Source: Camelus ferus (taxonomy: Eukaryota). Taken from it: a DNA stretch of 64,000 bases. Location: positions 28,770,001 through 28,834,000 of the forward strand of contig NC_045697.1 of assembly GCF_009834535.1 (NCBI RefSeq). Direction: 5' to 3'. The translations under genes and the position numbers were made by a program. Of the stretch, positions 11,811 through 23,870 are shown one piece after another. The notes under the pieces are model-generated. The model had not been told where the DNA came from. It saw only the letters and a list, made by a program, of their open reading frames with translations, and ran no database searches. Position 1 is the stretch's first letter, and each line of letters starts with the position of its first letter.

Positions 11811-14800
11811 CAAAAGTGAATGGACTAAAGTCAATGTCTGCTTGTTTAATAATCAAATAATTCTTTAATGTTCATTTTATTAACTAAAAATTTTTATAAA
11901 TGCAGTATTTTCTATAACCTATAACCATCAAATGTCATCACAATAATAAATGTGGCAGATTGTAAGAATATGTAGCTGAACTTCATGTTTCTAGTTTAAC
12001 TGGACATGTAACTACATCAGAACTGGTAGCCAGCACCATTTGACTTGTTCAAGGAATGTGCCAAGAATTTATGCAACTTTTGCCTTCTGAATTTTTCCAA
12101 GTAATTCCAGAAACTGAGTAGTTCTTGAAATGTGGGCTGCCTAGATAAATGCTGTTTTGGAAAAACTCTTCAGAGTTCAGTTATGCGTAGACTTGTCCAG
12201 AGACGGAAGAAAATTAAATGGTGAGTCTGCAGGAAATTTAACAAGAGCTGTTTCACCTTCTAATTGTAACAAATTTATCATGATTTTCGGGAGATAGGAA
12301 GTTTTTTATTAACTGAATTTTTTGACAAATTGAAACGTAACCAGAAAACTCCTTTTCTTTCCATTCAATTAAAAATTACTGGAATACACTAGTTTTCTTT
12401 TCATTCTTTAGGAAGCGCAGGATAGTGAACATAGTGGGGAATCTTTGGTTTTTGAACATATCCTAGTGCCTCAGGATTGTCAATCTGAAAGCCACTTTAA
12501 ATTGGCAAAATCAGAGATTGAGCCAAACACGTACTGAGACTAGAACTTTCTATGGACATTTGTTCTATCTCTGTGTGTACTGAGGTTTTTTGTTTGTTTT
12601 GTTTTGTTTTTAATACAATAGGGGATGCCAGTTTGGTAACCCTGTCAAATTGGGTTTTGATAAGTTGATCTACTTAGCACTTACTCTCTGCAAGTTCTAT
12701 ACTAAATGTTGAGGATTCAGAGGTGGACAAGATAGACCCTGACTTCGATAGGCCATTTGAAGTTTTCTTGTGTTATTACTATGTTTTCATACATTTGTAC
12801 TATATTAATTTACCAGTTTGGAAAGCAGAAGTCTGGATGGAAGACAGGATGAAATTGGGGAGGTGGTGAGGACTGAGGAATTTTCTTAGGTGTAAGCAAG
12901 GAGAAGATATCAATCATTGCTATCTCTTGTTTATGGATTTTGGGTTATAGTTTTCTCTTTCTTCATTCTTCCATGTACTTGCCAAAGTTTCTGAAAGTTT
13001 GTTCTGGAAAAAATGGTTTCAAAATGTTTAAAACTGGAAAATAAATTTATTTTTTAAACATGACAGATAAAGTCCACACCTAATGAGATAAAGTACCTGA
13101 AGTGCTTAGTACAGTGCCTGGCACAAGGTATGTGCTTAATAAATGTTTGCTACTATTGTTAGTATTATTATTGCTATAAATTAGTTCTCTTTGGTTGCAA
13201 GGAACAAAGGAAACTAACTGAAACTAGCTTAAGCAAGAACTTGACAGACAGACATAGATAGACAGACAGGGTGGTAACCATTGGTATAGATAGAGCAAAA
13301 TTGCAGCTAGGTCTCAAGAAAGAAATGGATGTAAGAGCTGAAAAGCTATCAGGATGCTGTCTACTTCCCTCTGAACATCTGCTTCTTTCTCTGCTCTTTG
13401 AAGAGGCTCCTTTCTTTGCTTTTCACTTCACATGGCATACAGAAGAGAACCACCCCTCATCTGCTAAGCTTACAACTCCTTCACCTTAGATCAGCCCAGA
13501 CTAAACTAGAATTTCTTAGTCCAAAATCCAAATGTTAAGGACACAAATTTGATTTTCTTCTCTTTTCCCCATAGGACTTATCATCTAGTATGCTAAATAA
13601 TTTATTACTTACTATGTTTGTTATTTATGATTTGTCTCTCCAGGTGCCCATGATTGGTCTAATCAGCTGGGGCCAGGTGGGCAGGGTCATGTCTAAAACA
13701 CACCTCTAGATGCACCGCCACTAATGAATTGGGAGACTAACAGCAGTTTTCAGAGAAAGGAAGGATCATTGGGTCACAGACCAGGAATGATCTCCAAAAG
13801 ATCTCCACCAAAGGTTTATCTTGTTGAAGTGGTACCAAAGCAGTATTCTTTATATTTACACATGCACAAAGTTTCCAATGTGCCCACCAACTTGTTAAAA
13901 AAAAAAAAAACCTCTCCATTAGCATCAGTTAATTATTGAAATATTATTTTCAGAGTTTTGACTTCTTTAATCTTAAAATCAAATACATTATTCACATTTT
14001 AATAAATAATATTTAATATATATTAATAAGTTCAAATTTTATGACACAACATCTATCTATCTTCTTTATATAATAAAACAGAAAACTATTATCTTCAAGA
14101 AACTCCATTTCTGTACCCTGATCTGCATCCCTGATACTCTCACTGTTAGTGTGGCAGGACAGACATTTTCTTCCTCCCTGTATGCTGTTCCCTTCTTGGG
14201 GCATAGCACATACCATGGGGAACAGAAGGAGCTTTTGGCAATGTTACTGAATGCAGGGGAAGAGATAGAGACTCTTTCAGAATATTAACACATGAATGAG
14301 TTCCATGTTTGCAATGTGAAAAGTCTGATTATATATATTCCACTGATAGGATTTGACACACTCCAGGTCTCATCTAAAGTGATACAGAGCTGAATGGCTC
14401 ACAGCCTATGCCAGCGGTAGGGAAGAAAACGTAAGATCCTGGGGAAAAGGTGCAGGTGTCATGGGGGGAGAAGAAAAGGAAGGGGATGGCCAAAGGGAAG
14501 GATGTTTTTTTCTTTCTTGGAAGAGAGTGAGCTAGCCAGATAGGGTGGCTCAGTGGACTTGGGCGAAAGAACCGCTGCCTGGGGCTGAGGTTAGCTGATA
14601 CGGAAAGAGTAAAGAAGCCCTTTCCAAACTCTTACTCCGTTGTGACTCTGAGGAGCTCTGACACTAACTTGAAGCAGGGCACTATTGTGCACGTTCTGCT
14701 AGATTACAAGCCATGCGAGGGCTGGGATCTTTGTATTGTCCATGATGTATCACAAGTGCCTAGAACAGTGCCTGGTACCTGTAGGCTCTCAATGAATATT

Positions 14801-15898
14801 TGTTCAACTGAATCAAAAAATTCTGTGTCTGTACCTGACTGACTAACAATATCGTTGTTTAATATTGGACTGTACCACTCCTGCCTTCCCTATTCAAGAC
14901 ATGGTCCTGGTGTTTCATTAGAAATGAACCAGTACATTTGTCAAGTGACCTACATAAGGAGTGGAGGAGGAGAAGGGGATACTTTATGGGACACAACAAC
15001 GTATTAGACTTTTACTGCTCTTATCCCTGATGCCATTCCAGCTATAGGACGAATTAAACAATGGAGTAGAATTAGATTTTTCCAATATTATTTAAAGAAT
15101 TTTAAATATAGAATCTACTACTCTCTTTTTCCCTTTTCCTAGTATTTTTCCAATCATGACAACTCTGAAATGGATTGGCTTGACATAAGACCCAGGAGAA
15201 ATGGGAGAGTGTTACCCACTGACTTAAAAGATTTTTTTTTTAAATGGTTTTTTTATATAAAGATATCACTGCTTTAAAATGCATAGCATTAGAAAAATAC
15301 ATATAAATAGTTTCTTATTATATTTGAACATGAAACTGCATAGGCAGAATCTAGGGTATTTTATTATCCAGTCAACTGAACTATTTTAAGATTTGAGGAT
15401 ATCACTCTGATTTTGGAAATTTTAAGAAGTTCTGGAGTGGAGTTTCTGAAGGTTTCCCAACAAAATTTCCTTCGCCCAATGACTTTCAAGGTTATTTTAA
15501 TGAAATAGATATTTTAGTATTTATTTATAATGCTCCCCTCAGCTGATTCCCACAAAGGGGTGAGACATGGTGCACAAGAAGGCTTGGCTGGATGATAATC
15601 CCCTCTTCTTGTAGGCACAAAGTCTTTGTTATTGAGTCAAATACATCAGTCCAGGCTTTCTTCTTAGGATAAATTTTCTCACCAGGAGCTCCTTCTGCTT
15701 TCTCACAAATAAGATTCTTTTAGCTCTTCCCACCATTTTACTAGGTATCTCCAGACATATATGGAATAGATAAAGCTTGGACTGAGGCTGGGAGCCCACT
15801 ATTATCATCATTTTACCTTTGTGTAGTTCTTTATAGTTTAAAAAGTACTTTTCTCCCCAGTATCTTGTTTAATGCTATCAACAACCTAGTGAGGTAGG

Positions 15899-16560
15899 CA
15901 GAGATGGATTTACTATGAAGCTAATGAAAGTTTAAGTTTCAGCATCCCTTGGGAAGGACCTTAGCGGAGTCAAACCATCATAAGATTTTGTAAAATTTGC
16001 CAAGTTTTTATCCACAGTAGATTTAAACTACTGTCTCTGTCTACTCTGACAACCCTACCTTCGTATGGGAGGTATTGGAGTGTCCTTAGGCATTTTGGGG
16101 ATTCAGCTGAGGGGAAGTTGAATTTGGTACATTTAATTTGGATTTAGTGAAATTTATTTATGTAGTTTGCAATCACTTTTACATATAGTTAAGTCCTTGC
16201 CAGTTGTTCCAGTATAGGAATGGCTTCCAGGAACTCTCCCTCTGCAAACTGTTAATGAATGTCAACAGTGCAGAGTATTTAAGGTTTGTCACTGCACAAG
16301 AGATTTGCAGATGCCTTGTAATCTTGCACCTCATACATGAAAGAAACTTAATAGGGGACTTCCCAAATTTGACAACGATCCTAAAAATTTATATGACATT
16401 ACCAAAACAAGTTGCGGAGCCAAAATAAACTTTTAGAAACTAGACATAGAAAAAAAAAATGAAAACTAGGTTAAAGAAAAACTACTTTTCATTCTCTATA
16501 CAGAAAATAATATAACAAAACCATTGTCATATGAAAAGGTGATCAAAGATCACCAAATTT
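15899..16560 (+). mobile_element. hAT-Tip100 DNA transposon remnant (Zaphod/MER115-like)
   Basis: Terminal-like GGATTTACTATGAAGCTAATGAAAG. ORF 16204-16428 includes FPNLTTILKIYMTLP, resembling the hAT transposase C-terminal dimerisation motif. Confidence 0.65.
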
Positions 16561-17978
16561 TTGGAAAATGAGAATACAGAAATATGGAAAGATATATTCA
16601 TTTAGCTATTTCATCCACAAATATTTATCATTTGGCTACTATATTTTCAAGAATGCTACTAGGGGCTGGGACTGGAACAGTGAATAGACATAAATAATCC
16701 CTGACATTGAGATATTCATGGAGGAGCAGGACACTATCAAGCAATCATATCAATAATTATTTATTTATAATTAGAATAATTGTGATAAAAGAGAAGTGCA
16801 AGATGCTCTGAGAGCTAACCTAAGTCTGCATTTTAGGGAAGGTTTCCTTGGAAAAAAGAACATGTAAACCAGAGGAGTATCTAGATTAAAGGGGGAATGA
16901 AGAATATTTTACTCAGGGGAAAGAGTAGGAAAAAGGGCTCTGAGGTGGGAAGGTACTTGCTGATTTAAAAAACAAAAAAACAAAAGAATGACAGTGTAGC
17001 TAGTTTGTCATAAGCAATGGAAAAGTAGTGAAAGAGTCTAGCAGACTAGTTTGCCTGTTCTAAAACTTCATATAAGTGATACTTAGAGTATATACCTATA
17101 TATACTCTATGTGTTTGTATAAGATTTCTTTAACTGAGCATACTGTTTTTGAATTTCACCTGTGCTGTTGCATCTATCTGTGGGTGTTTGTTGCTGAACA
17201 TTATTCCATTGTAAGGATATACCACAATTTATTTAGCCATTCATCTGCTGATGGACATTGCAGTTGTTTCCAGGTTTTGGCCATTATGAATAGAGCTGCT
17301 ATGAACATTCTTATATAAAAGACATGAGATTTTTAGTCTACTGTTCTTCCCGTATCACTGCAGTGAAGAAGCAAGAATATGCTCTGTGTTGCACGGAAGT
17401 ATTAATAGAAGAGCAAAGAGCAGTTCAACATCTACCTGATCCTTTTGTTGACCTCATGAAGGTACTTGAGTCCTAGCCTCTGCAGATAAGAAGAGCTGGG
17501 TCAGGTAATGCGACACGGACACAGCAGCAGCCTGGCCTGAGTTCCACATCACCAACATCTGATACATGAAACATGCTTTGAGACGTAGGAAAAGATTCTT
17601 GCTGATGCCTGAAGGTGGGGAGCCAATCTTGTCTACACCCTCCAGTCTAAACAGGAATCCATAACTACCTAAGGGATGCTTTATCCCAGGCCAAATGGTC
17701 TTAATCCTACTTCGCCTTGTCCTTTTCCTAATTCTCCCAAAGGACTGACCCCCATAGCAGTGATCTATAACTCTAGCTTACTGTATAACCCCATGGTGCT
17801 TTTATTGTATTTGCATATTCAGCAGAAGCAATCCCAGCTTTAAAGTAAAAAACAAACAAACAAACAAACAAGCAAACAAAAAAACTCCTGGGCTGAGGCG
17901 TGCTATGGAAAGTCAGCTGCTACTCCTGTATGCATCTTTATCTGATTACTCTAATTTTAGTCACTGTATCTATGACTT

Positions 17979-19367
17979 AATTCACTTATTTATTTTAATT
18001 GAAGTATAGTTGATTTATAATATATTAGTTGCAGGTATACAGCATAGTGATTCAGTATTTTTATAGATTATACTCCATTTAAAGTTATTACAAGATAATA
18101 GCTATAACTTCCTGTGTTATACAATATATCCTTGTTGCTTTTCAATTTTATACATAGTAATTTTTTTTCTCTTAATCCCATATATCTATCTTGCCTCTTC
18201 CTCCTTCCCTCTCTCCACTGGTAACCACTAATTTGTTTTCTGTATCTGTGAGTCTGTTTTGCTATGTATATTTGTTCATTTTATTTTTTAGATTCCCCAT
18301 GTAAGTAACATCAGACAGTATTTTCTTTCTCTGTCTGACTTCTCTCACTAAGCATAACATTCTCTAGGTCCATCCATGTTGCTACAAATGGTAATATTTC
18401 ATTCTTTTTTACGGCTAATATTCAATTGTATATATAAATCACATCTTCTTCATTCATTTGACTGTTGATAGATACTTAGGTTGCTTCCATATCTTGACTA
18501 TTGTAAATAATGTTGCTATGAACATTGGGGTGCATGTATCTTTTCGAATTGGTGTTTTTATTTTCTCCATATATATACCTAGGTGTGGAATAGCTGGATC
18601 ATATGCTAGTTCTATTTTTAGTTTTTTGAGGAACCTCCATACTGTTTTCCATAATGGCTATACCAATTTACATTCCCACCAACAGTGTATAAGGGTTTTT
18701 TTTTTCTCCACATCCTCACCAACATTTATTATTTGTGGACTTTTGATGATAGCCATTCTGACAGGTAATAGGTGATATCTCATTGTAGTTTTCATTTGCA
18801 TTTCTCCAATAATTCACAATATTGAGCATCTTCTCATGTGCCTGTAGGCATCTGTATGTCTTCTGTGGGAACATGTCTATTCAGGTCTTCTGCCCATTTT
18901 AAAAATTGTGTTGTTAATTTTTTTGATTTTGAATTGTATGAGCTGTTTACATATTTCGGATTTAACCCTTTGTCAGTTATATCATTTGTAAGTATTTTCT
19001 CTCATTTAATAGGCTGTCTTTTCGTATTGTTGATGGTTTCCTTTGTTGTGCAAAAGCTTTTAATTAGGTCCCATTTGTTTATTTTCGCTTTTATTTCTTT
19101 TGCTTTAGGAGAGAGAGCCAAGAAAATATTGCTGCAATTTATGTCAAAGAGTGTTCTGCCCATATTCTCAATTAGGAGTTTTATGGTTTTAGGTTTCACA
19201 TTTAGGTTTTTGATCCATTTTGAGTTTATTTTTGTATATGGTGGGAGGAAATGTTCTAATATCATTCTTTAACATATAGCTGTCCAGTTTTCCCAGGACC
19301 ACTTAATAAAGAGATTGTCTTTTCTCTATTGTATGTACTTGCCTCCTTTGTTGTCTATTAACTGACT
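17979..19367 (-). mobile_element. LINE-1, 5'-truncated (ORF2 C-terminus plus 3'UTR)
   Basis: Peptide [32 protein letters not shown] is L1 ORF2p. Degenerate TSD CTGTATC(TA/CG)TGACTT at 17964 and 19368. Confidence 0.93.
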
Positions 19368-20054
19368 CTGTATCCGTGACTTTAAATTGAAGAACAACAC
19401 AGTACAAATATGACAGTATGAAGAATGTAAGTCTTTGGTAAATTTTTATTTCTGTAAGTAAAAATGACAGTATTTTGAACTACTTTTTTTCCCTCTGAGA
19501 AGAGACTTACCTTTCTTGCAGGAATTTTCTTTCCAGACAGGATTCCTGTGGCCTTTAAATATCTCACATTCTTTCTGTTTCTGCTGTATTTCTTCTTTAT
19601 TTTATACTTTTTTTTCCCTTAGTTCAAAGTCAACACTCCACCCCAGCCTCCTAGATAATTCATTCTTTTCACACATTTAACTAGTGCTTGCTGTCCCATC
19701 ATTTTCTCTGTTCTCTAGATTTCTCTCAAATGGATCTTTCTGTGCTACTGGCAGGATTTTTCCTTTCAGTCTTTCCTTCGTAGCCTCTAACTACAACACC
19801 TGTGTATGTACAATAAATAATGAGAGATTCTCTGGTAAAACTTCCTTGTAAAACATCTAGAAGTGCTGGATAAATTATAACAAACATTTTTTTTTTAAAT
19901 GAAGAGCTGAACCAGGAAGAAAGTAGGTGTAAGAGACTGTTTAATGGCCACAAATCCCTCCCATCCCAATATGCATATCCCTTTGCAGTGCAACTTTGCT
20001 GCTGTTTGTCTCAAGAGATGGTCTATTCCTTCACCCTTTAAACCTGGGCTGCTC

Positions 20055-20466
20055 TTCTTTTCTGACACCTACTGGTGTGCTGCAATACAATTCAATGCTA
20101 ATGCTAATTATCTGGCATTATTGTCAGAATCCGCAGATTAAAGGTCATGATCTCCATCATGACTGCTCGGCTTCAGATGCCAGCCACAAGTGGAGTCCTC
20201 AGCCACCTGCACTTTTGACCAACTAGCTACATATATGGAGGGTTCCTGTGACTCAGATTCAGTAAGTCATTAGTATGACTCATAAAATTTAGGAAAGCGC
20301 TATATTTACAATAACAGTTCATTATAAAGGATACAAATCAGGACCAAGAGATACATAGAACAAAGTCGGGGAAGGTTTTGAATGCAGGGCTTCCATGCCC
20401 TCTCCCTGTAGAATCAGGGCGTATCACCGTCTTGGCACACCAATGTATTCACCAATCGGGAAGCTC
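20055..20466 (-). mobile_element. MER21-like LTR fragment, preceded by an MLT1 fragment (~19935-20050)
   Basis: TTCAGATGCCAGCCACAAG..TTATAAAGGATACAAATCAGG..GTATTCACCAATCGGGAAGCTC. Confidence 0.7.
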
Positions 20467-21722
20467 AACAGAAGAAAGGATAATCTTTTCCACAATGGTA
20501 CTGGAACAGTTGGATATCCATAACAAAAAATAAAGCTTCATCTTTACTTCCTATCATATTTTTAAAAATTAACTTGAAATGGATCATAGACCTAAACCTA
20601 GTTTTCTCCAAAAGAAAATTTGGGCTGGAAAAAAAGTTTCTTACATAGGTCACAAAAAGAATAATGCATAGAAGAAAAAAATTGTAAAACTGAACTTTGT
20701 AAAAATTAAAAATGATTGCTTTTTGAGAAATACTGTAAAGAAAATGAAAGACAAGCCACACTGAGAGAATATATTTGCAAAACATATACCCGATAAAGAA
20801 CTTGTATCTAGAGTAGATTTTTTAAAAAAACTTCTTACAAATCAATAAAAAGAAGACAAAAAGTATCTAATAAAAAAAAGATAGGCAAAAGGTTTGACCT
20901 GACAATTCATAAAAGAAGATAGTATGAGTGACAAATAAACACATGAAAATAGGCTTAACATCATTAGCCATTTGGGACAAAATAAATTAAAATCGCAATG
21001 AAATACCATTACACTAGAATGGCTAAAACTAAAGATTGATCGTTCCAAATGTTAGTAAGAAGGTAGATCAACTGAACTCTCATATATTGCTGGTGGAAGT
21101 ACAAAATACTCATTTCAGAAAAGCTTGGCAGTTTCCAAATAGCCACTTTGGAAAGTTTGGCAGTTTCTTATAAAGGTAAATATATATATATACCAAACAA
21201 CCCAGGAATCCCACCTCTATATTTACCAAGAAAAATGGTAACAAATGTCTATTTGAAGACATATATAGATGTTCACAGTAGCTTTATTTATAATAGTCAG
21301 AAACTGTAAAGAGCCTAAATGTCCATCAACTGTTTAATAATTAAACTAATTGTGGTATATCACTGAATTGAATAAATTACAGGTACATTTATAAACAGAG
21401 AAAACTATCAAAAGGATTAAGTTCAATGAAAGGATCAGAAACGAAGATTATGTAATGTATAAATCCTTTTATATGAAATTCTAGAAGCAAAAGAATAGTG
21501 ACATAAAGCAAAACTGTGGTTGCTTGGTGTCAGGGGTGAGGGAAGAACATTGATTGTAAGGAGGCACAAAGGAACTTTTTGAGGTGATGGAAATATTCTG
21601 TATCTTACTTATGGTGGTTGTTACATGACTTCTTACATTTATCAAAACTCATTGAATGATACACTTTAAGTTAGTGAATTTTATTGTATGTAAATTATAC
21701 CTCAATAAAATTGATGAAAAAA
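20467..21722 (+). mobile_element. Old LINE-1 (L1M-type) ORF2 end and 3'UTR
   Basis: AAATGGATCATAGACCTAAA, GAGAATATATTTGCAAAACATA, AAATGTCCATCAAC, ending TTATACCTCAATAAA. Confidence 0.88.
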
Positions 21723-22087
21723 AGTGGTCGGCTGTTCGTATGCTCCTGGCAAACACAAAAACTTCTCTGCAGGTACATACTCTTAACTTGGGATTCATAG
21801 GATTCCCAGAGATAAAGCCCAGTTGAACATGAGATCACCACACAAATATTTCAACACACACAGGGAAACTACTAGCCTCCATCAATAAAGAGAGAAACAT
21901 TAATCAGCAAAACGAGATCCTCAAGGATCATAGATAATTAGTCTATTCTGAGGAGAATACAAATCAAGTATTTATTAAAATAATAGAGGCATATATTAAG
22001 GAATTGAGAACATTAGAACAAAAATAAGACATTATTGGAAAAGGACAAAGAGTTTTGAAAATAACACTTAACCTTTCTAGTAATAGT

Positions 22088-22170
22088 AGAAGAAGAGGAG
22101 GAAGAAGAAAGTGGGGATGAGAAAAAGGAGTAGGAGGAGGGAGAAGAAGGAGAAGGAGAAGGGAAAGAAA
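22088..22170 (+). repeat. GA-rich low-complexity tract
   Basis: GAA/GAG/GGA runs. Confidence 0.8.
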
Positions 22171-23659
22171 GATAACAAATAGAATTTCTAGAAAAGAAAA
22201 ATGCAGTCACTGAAATTTTAAAAATTATGGACAAGTCTAAGTTCTGTTTAAACTAGTTAAAGAGAGAATTAAGGCACTGGAAAATTGATTTAGGGAAAAT
22301 ACATAGAATATAGTGTAGAGAGTAAAAGAAGTAAAAGATATAAAAAGTTGAAAGACATAAAGACTAGAACAAGGTCTAATATATTTCTAACAGTGATTGA
22401 GAAGCAGAGAATAGAGTGAAATAGAATAGAAATAGAATATTCAGAGATAATGACTCAGAATTTTCCAGAATGAATGAAATGGCAGTGAACAAAGACATTT
22501 TAACATGTCTTACAAGATCTCAAGTGAAAATTCCTTTTAAGCTTTTCAATTTTTTTCTGTCATACAACTCCAACTTTACACTTTATTCATTAACTAGGAT
22601 AAACAATACAAGAGGAGGAGTATCTTGCTTGTGGAAGTAGCAGGATATCATTAGTGTAATTCGTTTCAAATCAGTGATTTCTTTTGAACTCTGAACTTTG
22701 TGCATGCTGTTCTCTCTGTCTGAAACATGTTTTGTTGATGTTCCACTACACTGGTCACATTTTTTTTTTTTTCAGTATTCCAGTTAAATACTGGAGCCTC
22801 TATTTTGTGGTTAAGGGACAGTTTATCTTCTTCAAGAGTTTCTTTATTCATGATACATCTAATACCCCCAGGGGTTTACTCAGGCCTGAGAACAATGGCC
22901 TCAAAGAAACCAGAGAGCCTGTTCCATTTGCTTTCTATGGGTTGCCTGGTCAGCCATGGAGGGACACTGACCACTGAGTTTCCCAAGGGATCTTGGGGGC
23001 TAAAGCTCAATACTCATCATTGAAGCGAGGGTCTGCTACCACTGCCATAACTACCTCTCTAACCTCTACCATGGGTAGGCAGCAACATACTAGAGACTCA
23101 GTATAGTGTTTGTCTGGGCCTGAGCCCAAGGACATGTCAGCTCCACCCCTCCTCCCACAGTCTCCATAGTCCCCACAACCTCCCTGTGCATTTCCTGTAT
23201 GACTCTGTATGTATAAGGGTTGGCAACACTATAAGAAGTCTCTTTCACTCCTCCTAATAGTTGGCTTGAATCAGCACAGACTCAGATTCCCAATGCTTGG
23301 TTCTTCACACACACACACACCAGAGCCCCCCTTCCATGGCGTGCCCTCAGGGCCAGGATTTAGATCACTAAATCCTGATAATTCTATCCCCGACCCACCC
23401 CACCACCTTCTTCTAATCTGTAATCTACTTTTCATCCCTCTTGCAATCACCCTGGCTTAGATCCTAAACATCTCTTATCTAGAACACTACAATAATCTCC
23501 TTATTAGTCTCCCCCACCTTCACTCATCATTCACACCACTGTGCTCACCTCCTTGTCACTGCCATATCCTTACTCTCCTGAATTCCTTTCATGCTGTCAC
23601 CAAAAGGAACTTTTTAACTTTCAAAACTGATTATGTTCTTCTGATTAAAGTCACATCAC

Positions 23660-23870
23660 GGTGAGTCAGGAAGAGCCTGAGTTTTAGAACCAGCAAACCC
23701 TGGTTCTACAGCTTACTAGCTACTTAGCAATTCTGTCTTTTAGTTTCCTCTCCTATAAAAGAGAGATAAATAATAGTATCTATCTCATAAGATTGATTTG
23801 AAGATTAAATTCTAGAATGCATGTAAAGTTTCTAGCACAATGCCTGGCATGGGTTAATACTCAAAATAAT
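23660..23870 (+). mobile_element. MIR SINE
   Basis: TAGTTTCCTCTCCTATAAAA..GATTAAAT..TAGCACAATGCCTGGCATG. Confidence 0.75.

Noticed and set aside
11602..14606. 14-mer AGCTGATACGGAAA occurring twice ~3 kb apart
   Set aside because: No extended similarity or element between the copies; plausible by chance.
18458..19272. Hydrophobic 105-144 aa ORFs suggesting membrane proteins
   Set aside because: Antisense translations of A-rich LINE-1 sequence.
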